This document shows, one piece after another, positions 1 through 10,698 of a stretch of 44,350 bases of DNA. The translations under genes and the position numbers were made by a program. The notes below the pieces were generated by a model. That model was not told the origin of the DNA. It ran no database searches and saw only the letters and a program-made list of their open reading frames with translations. Source of the stretch: Octopus sinensis (lineage: Eukaryota); contig NW_021834912.1 in the NCBI RefSeq assembly GCF_006345805.1, forward strand, positions 1 to 44,350, written 5' to 3'. Numbering within the stretch: position 1 is the stretch's first letter; each line of letters begins with the position of its first letter.

Positions 1-258
1 TCAGCAATATTTACTCTTAAATTATATTTATAATTTTTACTGTCAAATGTTTGTCTGAGTTCTTTCATTTCTTCCCTGTCAGGATTTTTAAAGTTTATTT
101 AATCTTCTGCTTTGGATTTCTTTTCCTTTCTTTTTTTCTAAATTACCTCCTGTTTTTTGTTGGTTCTTTTTTTTTTAAACACTTTTATTTATTTTTCCCC
201 CTCATCTGATTTATACTCCATTACAGTTTCTGTTTTCATTCAGCCTGTGACTGTTTGA

Positions 259-987
259 TTGCAGTGGACACATAAGAGGTGCAGCAATGTCAAAGGAAGG
301 CTAACTAGGAAAATAGTTTTTGTCTGTGGCAGATGCTCAGGAGCAATAAACTCTGAAAATGTGCAGAGACCAACTTCTACCACGTTCCAGGGAGAAAAAC
401 TAGAAGTAGTTGATAGCTTCCGCTACCTAGGTGACCAAGTCAGTAGCGGGGGTGGGTGTGCTGAAAGTGTAACTGCTAGAGTAAGAATAGCCTGGGCAAA
501 GTTTAGAGAGCTCTTACCCCTGCTAGTGACAAAAGGCCTCTCGCTCAGAGTAAAAGGCAGATTGTATGATGCATGTGTACGTACAGCCATGCTACATGGT
601 AGTGAAACATGGGCTGTGACTGCTGAGGATATGTGTAAGCTCGCAAGAAATGAAGCCCGTATGCTCCGATGGATGTGTAATGTCAGTGTTCATAATCGAC
701 AGAGTGTAAGTACCTTGAAAGAAAAGTTGGACCTAAGAAGCATCAGTTGTGGTGTGCAAGAGAGACGTCTGCGCTGGTATGGTCATGTGATGAGAATGGC
801 TGAAGATAGTTGTGTGCAAAAGTGCCACACCCTAGCAGTTGAGGGAACCTGTGGAAGAGGTAGACCCAGGAAAACCTGGGATGAGGTGGTGAAGCACGAC
901 CTCCGAACTTTAGTTCTCACCAAGGAAATGACTAGAGACATAGACCTACGGAAGTATGCTGTGCGTGAGAAGACCCAGCAAGACTAG
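259..987 (+). CDS. C-terminal fragment of an RTE reverse-transcriptase polyprotein with a Cys/His PHD-like segment
   Basis: 242-codon ORF starting at TTG (no true start; 5'-truncated). WTHKRCS...VCGRC is followed by RT thumb and C-terminal motifs. Confidence 0.8.
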   Translation: MQWTHKRCSNVKGRLTRKIVFVCGRCSGAINSENVQRPTSTTFQGEKLEVVDSFRYLGDQVSSGGGCAESVTARVRIAWAKFRELLPLLVTKGLSLRVKGRLYDACVRTAMLHGSETWAVTAEDMCKLARNEARMLRWMCNVSVHNRQSVSTLKEKLDLRSISCGVQERRLRWYGHVMRMAEDSCVQKCHTLAVEGTCGRGRPRKTWDEVVKHDLRTLVLTKEMTRDIDLRKYAVREKTQQD

Positions 988-1093
988 TGAGACCATAACC
1001 CGTGGCCTCTACCTGGTATGTAGCCAGTCGACTTATACATACCTTTCCTTCTTGGGACACAGAACTCCACTTGTGAAGACCCGTTGAGGCAAT

Positions 1094-1190
1094 TGAAAAT
1101 CAAAAATCAAAAAATCAAAAAATCAAATTCAAAATCAAACCAAATCAAATCAGATATCAGAAAGCAGAACCAAAATCAAAGTCGATCAAC
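1094..1190 (+). repeat. Degenerate (AAATC)n simple repeat inside the RTE 3' UTR
   Basis: aaaatcaaaaatcaaaaaatc...aaatcaaatcag read directly. Confidence 0.85.
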
Positions 1191-1217
1191 ATCAATGGAA
1201 ATCGCAGCTGTGATACC

Positions 1218-1560
1218 AGTGCCGGTGACAAGTAAGCGAACCATCCGATCGTGGCCGTTGCCAGCGCCACCCCGACTGGCCTCCATGCTGGTGGCACGTA
1301 AAAAGCACCATCCGTTCGTGGCCATTGCCAGCCTCACTTGGCCCCCGTGCCGGTAGCATGTAGCACCATCCGTTCATGGTCCTTGCCAGCCCCGTCTGGC
1401 CCCCGATCCGGTGGCACGTAAAAGCTCCATCCATTCGTGGCCATTGCCAGACTCGCCTGGCCCCCGTGTCGGTGGCACGTAAAAATCACCATCCGTCCGT
1501 GGACGTTTGCAAGCTCTATCTGGCACCTGTGCGGGTGGCACATAAAAAGCACCTACTACA
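1218..1560 (+). repeat. ~60-bp tandem array (about 6 units) in the RTE 3' UTR
   Basis: The core GTGGCACGTAAAA(A)GCACCATCCG recurs near 1225, 1291, 1352, 1411, 1472 and 1535. Confidence 0.85.
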
Positions 1561-1715
1561 CTCACGGAGTGGTTGGCGTTAGGAAGGGCATCCAGCCATA
1601 GAAACACTGCCAGATCAGACCGGGCCTGATGCAGCCTTCTGGCTTCCCAGACCCCAGTTGAACCGTCCAACCCATGCTAGCATGGAAAGCGAACGCTAAA
1701 TGACGATGATGATGA

Positions 1716-2126
1716 TATATGTGTGGGTGTGTGTGTGTGTGAGTAAATGTATGAATATATACATACATACATATATATATATATATACATACATATATAT
1801 ATGAATATATATATGTGTGTGTGAGTATATGTATGAATATTATATATATATATATATCATGTATATATATGCATATATATGTATGAATAGATATATATGC
1901 ATATATATACACATGTATATATATGCAGGAATATATATATGTATGAATATATATATACACATACATATATGTATATATATATATACACACACACACACAT
2001 ATATATATGTATACACACACACATATATATGTATACACACACACACATATATATATATATATACACACACACACATATATATATGTATACACACACACAT
2101 ATATATGTATACACACACACACACAG

Positions 2127-2157
<31 letters not shown>

Positions 2158-2195
2158 TATATATATATGTATACACACACACACATGTATATACG
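1716..2195. repeat. Compound (TA)n/(CA)n/(TG)n microsatellite
   Basis: Directly visible. It generates the spurious YI/HT/CV ORFs. Confidence 0.95.
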
Positions 2196-2311
2196 AGCAA
2201 AACACCCCCTCCCCGCCCAATGGACGGTGCTGAGTTGTCAAACATTTAAACCAAATTTTCTCAAAACAACTTGTCCGACAGTCCCATAGGCCACCCCTTT
2301 GAGAAGCACTG
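2196..2311. mobile_element. One end of a hAT (Charlie-like) DNA transposon/MITE
   Basis: Ends in CCCCTTTGAGAAGCACTG, whose reverse complement CAGTGCTTCTCAAA resembles Charlie-type TIRs. The other end was not found. Duplicated near 12140-12265. Confidence 0.45.
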
Positions 2312-2812
2312 ATTTAACCTAAATTTGAGACACCAGCAAAAGAAGAAATAAAGATAGACTTTTTTTCTATTCCAAAGAAAAACGATTTTATTCACCCAAA
2401 TATGCAACCGAAGAGTTTAAAGTACTAGAAATGATAAGTCTGTAGACTGGGAGAACACAAACATGGAAAATCATTTATTAACAAGAAAATAATATTTTCT
2501 TCCTTGAATAAAAAGCAATCTGTGTTTTCTTTTCATTAAAAAATAATTAAGCATGCCTTTATTTCAATAAAACTTTTGGTTTTGTTAAACGAAATTAAGG
2601 CAAAAAAAAAAAAAAAGACTTCTTCAGAAACAAAATAGTTTTTCCTTCCTTCATGCCAAGTTTGGAGAAAATATCTCTTTTGCATCTTACGTTTTTGGTC
2701 TCTTAAATATTCTGCATTTTGTGGCATTATTTCAAGCCAGCCGGCTTTTTTGCGCAAACTGCACGTGCAATTTTCTCGCGTATGCGTAGTATCGATCGCA
2801 ACAGCTGATGTA

Positions 2813-3010
2813 CTAGCACGTACAAATGCACGTTCCCACGGATTTATCGATCACATTCTCACCTGGAATCGATTTTTGTAATTTTTTTAAGAGTGATACA
2901 CGCCCTGATACCATTGGTATCTACATATCAAATTTGAGCGCAATCGGATGGAGGATGCCCGAGATCCTAGAAGACACACAGACAGACAGAACGGATTTTA
3001 TAAAAGAGAT
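2813..3010 (+). mobile_element. Non-autonomous Helitron/Helentron (DINE-1-like) element
   Basis: Starts with ACTAGC. Contains CATATCAAATTTGAGCGCAATCGG, then an ACAGACAGACAG microsatellite, and ends TTTTATAAAAGAGAT. This layout is typical of DINE-1/HINE-type elements. Duplicated near 12765-12975. Confidence 0.5.
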
Positions 3011-3580
3011 GTATATATATATATTTAATAACGAACCATGTAATTCACACTCTGGAAAATTTATTTCTGTAAAATGTTGGGAGTGGGTACAATTTCCAAT
3101 GCTTCTGCCTCACCCCACCCCGTTTTGCAGACCCAAAAAGGGTTTTGTAGCATAATAGGTCACGGGAATTCATCCAACAAAAACCAAAAATAATAATTTC
3201 CAATGATTTGGGAATGAGGTGGGAGTGCGTCCCCGTCGTGGCACCCTTTTCTTCTGAACCATAATAAGTGATTTCCAGCATATTTGGAGGTCAGGGTACT
3301 TCATTCCATGCAAAAAAAATTCGAGTTTTTTTCTTTCTTGGTGAAAATCGTGCGTGTGTTAATCTGAAAGTTTACCGAGGACGACACCCCCCTCCCCACC
3401 ACTGCTAACAAGATATTGTATATAAAGGGTGCAGTGTAGCAGCGATAACCCACTGGTGGAGAATCTGCCTTGGGTTAAACTAGTAGTAACCTTCAGCAGC
3501 CACTTTGATGTGCTGACTCACTTTACTTTGTGAGATTTTACAAACTACACACACACACACACACACACACACTATAACGG

Positions 3581-3618
<38 letters not shown>

Positions 3619-3621
3619 CTG

Positions 3622-3652
<31 letters not shown>

Positions 3653-4416
3653 GTCTCTCTCTCTCTCTCTCTATTTATTATGTAATGAAAGAAAGGACAT
3701 GACCATCATGAAATACAACAATGTCTCTTTCAACACGCAACTTCACATGAAGAATCCGGCAAAACAAATGCATAAAAGTATGCCTGTGTCTGTGTGTATC
3801 TTTTATCTTTAATGTGTTTCAGACATTAGACTGTGGCCATGCTGGAGCAACACCTTGAAGAATTTCTAGTCGAAGAATTGAACCCAGTACATCTTTGTGT
3901 TAAGCCTTGTATTTATTCCATCGATCCCTCCATATAGCACCTTCTTTTTCACTCGCTCATCCTCTCTCTCTCTCTCTCTATTTCTAACAAACTGAGTCAC
4001 AATGCAAATATTTCCTTCAGGCATTACACAGTATAATGTGTGATTTAAAGGGATTTGACTGCTATTTCTGCAAGAGAAAATATCGATAACAACTATTTCA
4101 CAGATATACAAGAAGTGACTCCCAGACCTCAAAAAGAATTATAGTTCCTCATCCACGCCAGAAATTTTAAGGGGACGGGTTAAATCGACATTTACCGAAA
4201 GTGGTCTAGTCACCAGATAGGGGTCCTGCATGGCCTCATTAGACACACATAAGAGAGTACGCTGTAATTAATTGGTAATTCCAACGAGCCTACTTTCATT
4301 GCAGATAATCCCCTCAGATATTACACAGTATGATGTGTGATTTCAGGAGATTTGACTGCTATTTCTAGAAAGAGATGTATTATATATATTATTGTTGCTA
4401 TGGTGCGTGTGTTTGT

Positions 4417-4454
<38 letters not shown>

Positions 4455-4460
<6 letters not shown>

Positions 4461-4680
4461 CAGTGGGGAAATTGGTAGAATCGTTGCCATGCTGGAGGAA
4501 ATGCTTAATCGCATTTTGTATAGCTTCATGTTGTGAGTTCAAGTTCTGCCTCAGTTGATTTATCCATTTCATCGTTTCAGGGTCAATAAATTAAGTACCA
4601 GTCAAATACTAAGGATGAAGTAATTGATTAGTTGCCCACAGTAATTGCAGGCCTTGTGCTAATAGTAAAAAGTGAATTAG
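4455..4680 (+). mobile_element. tRNA-derived SINE, family B (Meta-domain-like body)
   Basis: GGTAGAATCGTT...GCTTA...TGAGTTCAA...CATCGTTTCAGGGTCAATAAATTAAGTACCAG. Related copies at 6201, 15778, 17560, 29600 and 30115. Confidence 0.7.
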
Positions 4681-4939
4681 AGAGAGAGGGGTAGATAGAT
4701 CTGTTATAGTATGTGTGTGTATAAGCCGATGAGGTGACAGAATCGTTCACACGCAGGGTCGTTGGAGTCAATTAGTTGCCTCTATTAGAATTCCAGGCCT
4801 TGTTTTCTTTAGACAAAGAATGATCACATATGTGTATGGTAGAAAGCGGAAGTCTCCATGGGTGCCCTGGGACTGAATGTCGATGTGGGTGAAGATTACA
4901 AGAAAAATTTCTGCTCCCAAATTCTGAGAAGAAAAGAGA

Positions 4940-6030
4940 GTAACAGACAAATGGCTGTGAGATTTGGCTGTTATTTCTTGCAGCAGGTCTACTGTACATT
5001 AAGCATTGATACGTTATATATTTCGATCTTGTTTTTTCTGCATCCTTCTCTCGTTTTCTGTGTCCATCTTTGCATATATTTTTGCTAAACTCTTGCTGTT
5101 GTTTCTAGCATATGAAATGTCTCAGTTTCATGGACCTGTTGTATTGGATTTGTGTCGTGTGACAAATAGGTGTACAATTTATAAACTGCAATTAATTTCA
5201 GAAGAACAGTAGATTGGAGGGGCATTTAGCTGCTATTTCAAACAACTCTAGCTATCATGTACACTTCAGCTTTCATCAGCTAATATATAAATATGTATGG
5301 AGTTAGAAGAGACGGTATGATGTTGTTTCAACGTAGATTTGGCTGCTATATCTAGCAGCTCTGGCATTCGTTTGCATTTTACACATGATTAATTTAATTT
5401 TCTCATTAAATTAAACTTTAATTTGCATTTAAGTATTACAGTGAAATTAATACAACAACCAAAACTAGTTACAAACACACACTTACATATGCTAGAAACA
5501 GCAGCTATATAGAAGTATTTCATGTTTCTTTTTACACAGTTTCCTTTCCAAAAACGTGTGTCTACGAAAAGTTTGTGCTTCAGTAGAAGAGACTGAGTGA
5601 ATATGTATAGGGGATGGGGGTCGGTTTTCTGAAATAAAATCTGTGAGACTGGTGCCCCTAAATCAGCATAAGCAACAAGAGTATGGATGTATTCGGCAGA
5701 GGAAGGAATGGAAGCCACATTTAGGAGAATATCTTTGCATCGTTTAGGAGTGTGTGAGGGAAGACGACTGGGAACAAACGAATGGATTGATATCTATGTA
5801 TATACATTTGTACTTATATATTATATATCTCCCTCCATCTAACTATACAACATGCATTCACATACAGGTGTGGCTGTGTGGTAAGAAGCTTGTTTCCCAA
5901 CTACACACTCGGGGGTTCAGTCCCACTGTATGACAACTTGGACAAGTGTTTTCTACTACAGCATCTGGCCAACCAAAGCCTTGTGGGTAGAATTTGGTTG
6001 GCGGAAACTAAAAGAAGCCCATCGTATATT
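4940..6030 (+). repeat. Unit 1 of an older tandem triplication (motif array + conserved block + SINE head)
   Basis: Homologous to 6850-7960 and 8340-9492. Shared landmarks: GAGACTGGTGCCCC, CGGCAGAGGAAGGAATGGAA and GGGAAGACGACTGGGA, each followed by a SINE head. Confidence 0.85.
5868..6030 (+). mobile_element. tRNA-derived SINE family A head (CORE-like)
   Basis: A-box-like GTGGCTGTGTGGTAAG, B-box-like GGTTCAGTCCC and CORE-like CTTGGACAAGTG. Confidence 0.8.
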
Positions 6031-6064
6031 TATACCCATACATACTATATATATATATATGTAT

Positions 6065-6115
<51 letters not shown>

Positions 6116-6118
6116 TAT

Positions 6119-6173
<55 letters not shown>

Positions 6174-6200
6174 TATATACATATATATATACAGAGAGAG

Positions 6201-6410
6201 AGAGGTGAGCTGGCAGAATTGTTAGTGCACTGGACAAAGTACTTAGCGGTGTTTCACCTGTCACTATATTCTGAGTTCAAATTTCGTCAGGGTTAACTTT
6301 GCATTTCAACCTTTCAGGGTCAATAAATGAAGTACCAGTGAAACATTGGAGTCGATCTTATCAACTCGACACCCCCCCGCAAAACTTTCAGGCCTCGTGC
6401 CTATAGTACA
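6201..6410 (+). mobile_element. SINE family B copy
   Basis: GGTGAGCTGGCAGAATTGTTAG...CTGAGTTCAAATTTCG...CCTTTCAGGGTCAATAAATGAAGTACCAG. Confidence 0.75.
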
Positions 6411-6650
6411 ATAGATATATATATATATGTGTGAGTGTATATATCTGTGTGTGTGTATATATATATATATATAATATATATATTATATATATATTCATGT
6501 GTGTATATCTGAACCCCACCCCACATAACCATCACTTGACAACCTATGTTGGTCTGTTTACAACCCTTTAAGTTAGTTTGGCAAAAGAGACTGATAGAAT
6601 AAGTCCTGGGCTTATGAAGAATAAATCCTGGGGTCGATTTGTTTTAGATG

Positions 6651-6835
6651 CAGGGTTTCCCATCCAGGGGTGCACACACCACTTGGGGGTGCGAGCAGGG
6701 CTGGATTTATATGGGGTCAAAGTCGGCAATTGCTCCGGGCACTTTTATTCTTATATAAACTATTACTTTAAGGGGTGTGAGAACATATTAAAGGTTTTTA
6801 AGGGTGCAGGGCATAAAAAAGGTTGGGAACCTCTT
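6651..6835. mobile_element. hAT (Charlie-like) MITE, ~185 bp, copy in duplicate A
   Basis: Imperfect ~15-bp TIRs CAGGGTTTCCCATCC ... GGTTGGGAACCTCTT. No exact 8-bp TSD seen. Confidence 0.65.
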
Positions 6836-6849
6836 CGATAGATAAACAG

Positions 6850-7960
6850 ACAGATGTGAGATTTGGCTGCTATTTCTAGCAGTAACTCTGGCATCCATTA
6901 AGCATTGAAACATTCTATATTTAAATGTCTTTTCTTTCTGCCTCCCTCTCAGTATTTTCTGTATCCTTCTTCGCATATATTTTTGATCAAGTTTTGCTGT
7001 TGTTTCTAGCATAGGAAACGTCTCAGTTTAATGGACCCTTTGTATTTGTCTTGTTTTGCGTGACAAATAGGTGTAGAATTTATAGACTGAAGTTAATTTC
7101 AGAACTACAGCAGATTGGAGGGACATTTGGCTGCTATTTCAAACAAATCTAGCTATCATTTTCATTGGCTTCAATTTTTATCGGCTCATATATAAATATG
7201 GATGGAGTTACGTGAGGCAGTATGATGCTGTTTCGACGTAGATTTGGCTGCTATTTCTAGCAGCCCTTGCTTTCATTTACTTCTTATACATCATGAATTT
7301 CGTTTTCTTTTCTAAATTAGACTTCATTTTCCATTTAATTATTCCAAATAAATTAATACAAAACTGGAAAACCATATAAGACAAATAGATAGATAGACAG
7401 CTGTGATTCAGTGAGTTTTGACTGCTATTTCTAGCAGCAAGTCTATAAAATAGTTACAAATGCACAATTAAATACAAGTTGAAGCTAGAAATAACAGTTA
7501 AAGGAATGTATCACATATTTTTTTATAAAGTCTCCTTTCCAAAGCTTTGTGCCTAGGTTTAGTTTGTTGTTTGAGTAGAAGGGACGGAGGGAATATGTTT
7601 GGGGTCGATTTTCTGAAATAAAATCCTTGAGACTGGTGCCCCAGAATTGACAGAAACAACAAGACGAGTAAAATCGGCAGAGGAAGGAATGGAACCAACA
7701 TGTTGGAGTATACCTTGGTGTCGTTTAGGAATGTGTGTGGGAAGACAATCGGGAAGAAACGAGTCGACACAGGTACCAGTAATGCAAACTGGCATCGGCC
7801 AGGCTCTGTCATAAGAAGTTTGCTTCCCAACCACATGTTTCCAAGTTCAATCCTACTGTGTGGCACCTTAGGCAAGTGTCTTTTAAATGACCCTTAAGCC
7901 AACCAAAGCCTTGTGAGTGGATCTGCTAGATGGAAACTGAAAGAAGCCCATCATATATGT
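6850..7960 (+). repeat. Unit 2 of the older triplication
   Basis: Same landmarks as unit 1, followed by a SINE A copy beginning near 7800. Confidence 0.85.
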
Positions 7961-8240
7961 ATGTATGTATATCTATTTGTATGTGTGTATATATATATAT
8001 ACATATACATACATATATATATATATACATATTCATTTGTATGTGTCTACCCTACACCACACATCCCCATCGTATGACAACCGATGTTGGTCTGTTTATG
8101 TCCCTGTGACTTTGATTTGACAAAAGAAACTGATAGAATAAGTACTAAACTTACAAAGATTTGTTTGACAGAAACCCAGTAAGGTGGTGCTCCAGCAGGG
8201 CCACAGTGAAATAACTGAAACAAATAAAAGAATAAATAAA
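7800..8240 (+). mobile_element. SINE family A, head + microsatellite + tail
   Basis: The head has CCTTAGGCAAGTG. The tail has GACAACCGATGTTGG...GGTGCTCCAGCAGGGCC...GAAACAAATAAAAGAA. Confidence 0.8.
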
Positions 8241-8257
8241 TGTACAAGAATAAAAGA

Positions 8258-8298
<41 letters not shown>

Positions 8299-8339
8299 GA
8301 GACAAACAGACAGACAGACAAATAGATAGACAGACAGCT

Positions 8340-9274
8340 GTGATTCAGTGAGTTTTGGCTGCTATTTCTAGCAAGTACATTTAACATTGATACATTATAT
8401 ATTTCGATCTTTTTGGGTTTTTGCTTTCCTCCCAGTTTTTTCTCTGTCCGTCTTTGTATATATTTTTGCTAAACACTTGCTGTTGTTTCTAGCATATGAA
8501 ATGACACAGTTTAATGGACCTGTTGTATTGGATTTGTTTTGCATGACAAACAGGCGTAGAATTTTAAACTGTAGCTAATTTCAGAAGTACAGTGGATTGG
8601 AGGGGCACTTGGCTGCTATTTCAAGCAACTCTAGCTATATAACTATGTATGGAGTTACGTGAGACAATATGGGGCTGTTTTCTCTGTAAATTTGGCTGCT
8701 ATTACTAGCAGCTCTTGCATTCAGTTGCATTTTATATGTCATGCTTTTAATTATATTTTTAAATTAGGCATTAATTTGCATTTAATTATTAAAATGAAAT
8801 TAATACAACAAAAAACTAGTTACAGACACAAACTTAAATACAAAGTTTGCTAGAAACAACAGTTATATGAATGCATTGCATATTTTCTCACAAAGGGTCC
8901 CTTCCCAAAATATATGTCTAGATTTGGTTTGTGCTTCAGTACAAGAGACTAACTGAATACGTATGGGGTGGATTTCTAAAATAAAATCTGTGAGACTGAT
9001 GCCCCCAAATCAACATAACGAGACTACGAATATAATCGGCAGAGAAGGAATGGAACCCGCATGTCAGAGTATATCTTGTCATAGTTTACGAATGTATTTG
9101 GGAAGATGACTGGGAGCATACGAATGGATATATATATATATATACATCCATCATTCTAGCTATACAACATACATTTACATATATATATGTTTATATATCA
9201 GGGCATTACCATACATAAATGCTTCACACTACGAGGGACTATTAAAGTCAAACTACCATAATAAACACATTATA

Positions 9275-9335
<61 letters not shown>

Positions 9336-9492
9336 GTTGTGTGCTCCACAAATGTATAAGCACAGGTGTTCCTGTGTGGTAAGAAGTTCTGTGTTCAGTC
9401 CTACTGCATGGCACCTAGGGCAATTCTCTTCTATTTTGACCTTGGGCCTTGTAAGTGGACCTTGTCAGATGGAAACTGAAGTGAGCCCATCA
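8340..9492 (+). repeat. Unit 3 of the older triplication; ends in a truncated SINE A head
   Basis: Same landmarks as unit 1. The SINE head at 9362-9492 is the last sequence shared with copy B. Confidence 0.85.
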
Positions 9493-9495
9493 GAC

Positions 9496-9584
<89 letters not shown>

Positions 9585-9764
9585 GATAGATAGATAGAGA
9601 TAGATAGATAGATAGATATATTACGGAGATGTACTCGCATAGCAAGTAACTTGATCTGAGATCGTGTGCTGAAAGGAAAACAATTGCAGCGTGGAAGGTG
9701 TTTATAAGCCATTTAAGAAACACACAAAAGCCGTTCGATTCACTTCAACATTTAAGTTTAATTT

Positions 9765-9809
9765 GTCAAAATATTTTCGTCGCTTTAAGACCGCGACCTC
9801 TTCACTGAC
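9765..9809 (-). ncRNA. Minimal type I hammerhead-ribozyme-like motif, non-canonical core (G3/G8)
   Basis: The minus strand reads GTCA-GTGAAGA-G-GTCGC-GGTCTTAAA-GCGAC-GAA-AATATT-T-TGAC. Stem I is GTCA/TGAC, stem II is GTCGC/GCGAC, and stem III is the palindrome AATATT. Confidence 0.6.
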
Positions 9810-10698
9810 CAAGTCCGTGCTGCATCTGAGAAAGTAACAGTTAGTTCGTCATATATATGTACGTATGTATGCGTGTATGTGTATACATGTGTGTATGTAT
9901 GTACGTATGCATGTACGTACATACGCCTGTGTATGCATGTATGTATGTATGTATGTATGTATGTATGTATATATGTATGTGTGTGTATATGCACGCACAT
10001 ACACTCTATAAAACATAAAGCTATAAACCTGTAGCGATGGATGGATGTAGAGTGACCACTCATCACAAAGCTATCAAATTTCAACTTCCTCCGGGCCGAA
10101 GCTAGAAAGTGAATTTATGACGCTTACTCCCAAAACTATACCCTAAAATCCATTATCAGATTTTTATCTCTATATCACAGAACTAATGTTTTACTATTGT
10201 TCGTATGTATGTATGTATGTGCGTATGTATGTATGTATGTATGTATGTATGTATGTATGTGTGTATGTACATACGTACGCATGTGCGTATGTATGTATAC
10301 GCGCTTGTATGCCTGTGCCCATGTATGTGTGTGCGTACATGTACGTGTGTATGCCCATACGTAGGTATGTATGTATGTTTGTATTCATGTGCTACGTATG
10401 TATGTGAGTGTCTAGGAGAATGGGCAGACGTGTCTGTGAGAGTGTGTACATGTGTATGTGTATATGAACGTATGTCCGTGTACCGGCATGTGTCCGTCCA
10501 AGTTGTGTACATGACTGTTACTTTGCTGAAGGTTGTATACATATTCACATATATGTTTGTATAGACGCACACATATATATATATATATATGTGTGGGTGT
10601 GTGTTTGTTCCTCTCATCATCGTCTAACCGTGAATGGATACAACGCCTAAGTGCAACTGTACGTATCAAACAACGTCCGCTCATACCGTTGTATATAA

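Larger units (their letters stand above)
259..1715 (+). mobile_element. 5'-truncated RTE-clade non-LTR retrotransposon (end of ORF, 3' UTR, (GAT)n tail)
   Basis: The ORF carries RTE-type C-terminal motifs (FRYLGD, AWAKFRELLPLL, LYDACVRTAMLHGSETW, RRLRWYGHVMRM, GRGRPRKTWDEVV). The 3' UTR contains GGTTGGCGTTAGGAAGGGCATCCAGCC and ends in GATGATGATGAT near 1705-1715. A homologous copy lies at 32640-34010. Confidence 0.88.
1915..9492 (+). repeat. Segmental duplication, copy A
   Basis: Collinear with about 12022-20950. Paired ORFs 3866/15172, 5389/16760, 7498/18940 and 9431/20891 give offsets of 11306-11460. The 7498 and 18940 ORFs differ by one amino acid in 125. Confidence 0.92.

Noticed and set aside
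1218-1560. Regularly spaced ~60-bp repeats resembling a CRISPR array
   Set aside because: The spacers are homologous to each other, the array is part of an RTE 3' UTR, the context is eukaryotic and there are no cas genes.
5265-5285. CTGATGA on the minus strand (also near 16640) and at about 39292 on the plus strand
   Set aside because: There are no flanking stems or GAAA in hammerhead geometry, and the 39292 instance is coding sequence.
5389-7875. Minus-strand ORFs of 109-125 aa with SIPSSA, faintly like a hAT dimerisation motif
   Set aside because: The open frame differs between the three units, and the match is too short to name a domain. It is kept only as an unexplained conserved block.
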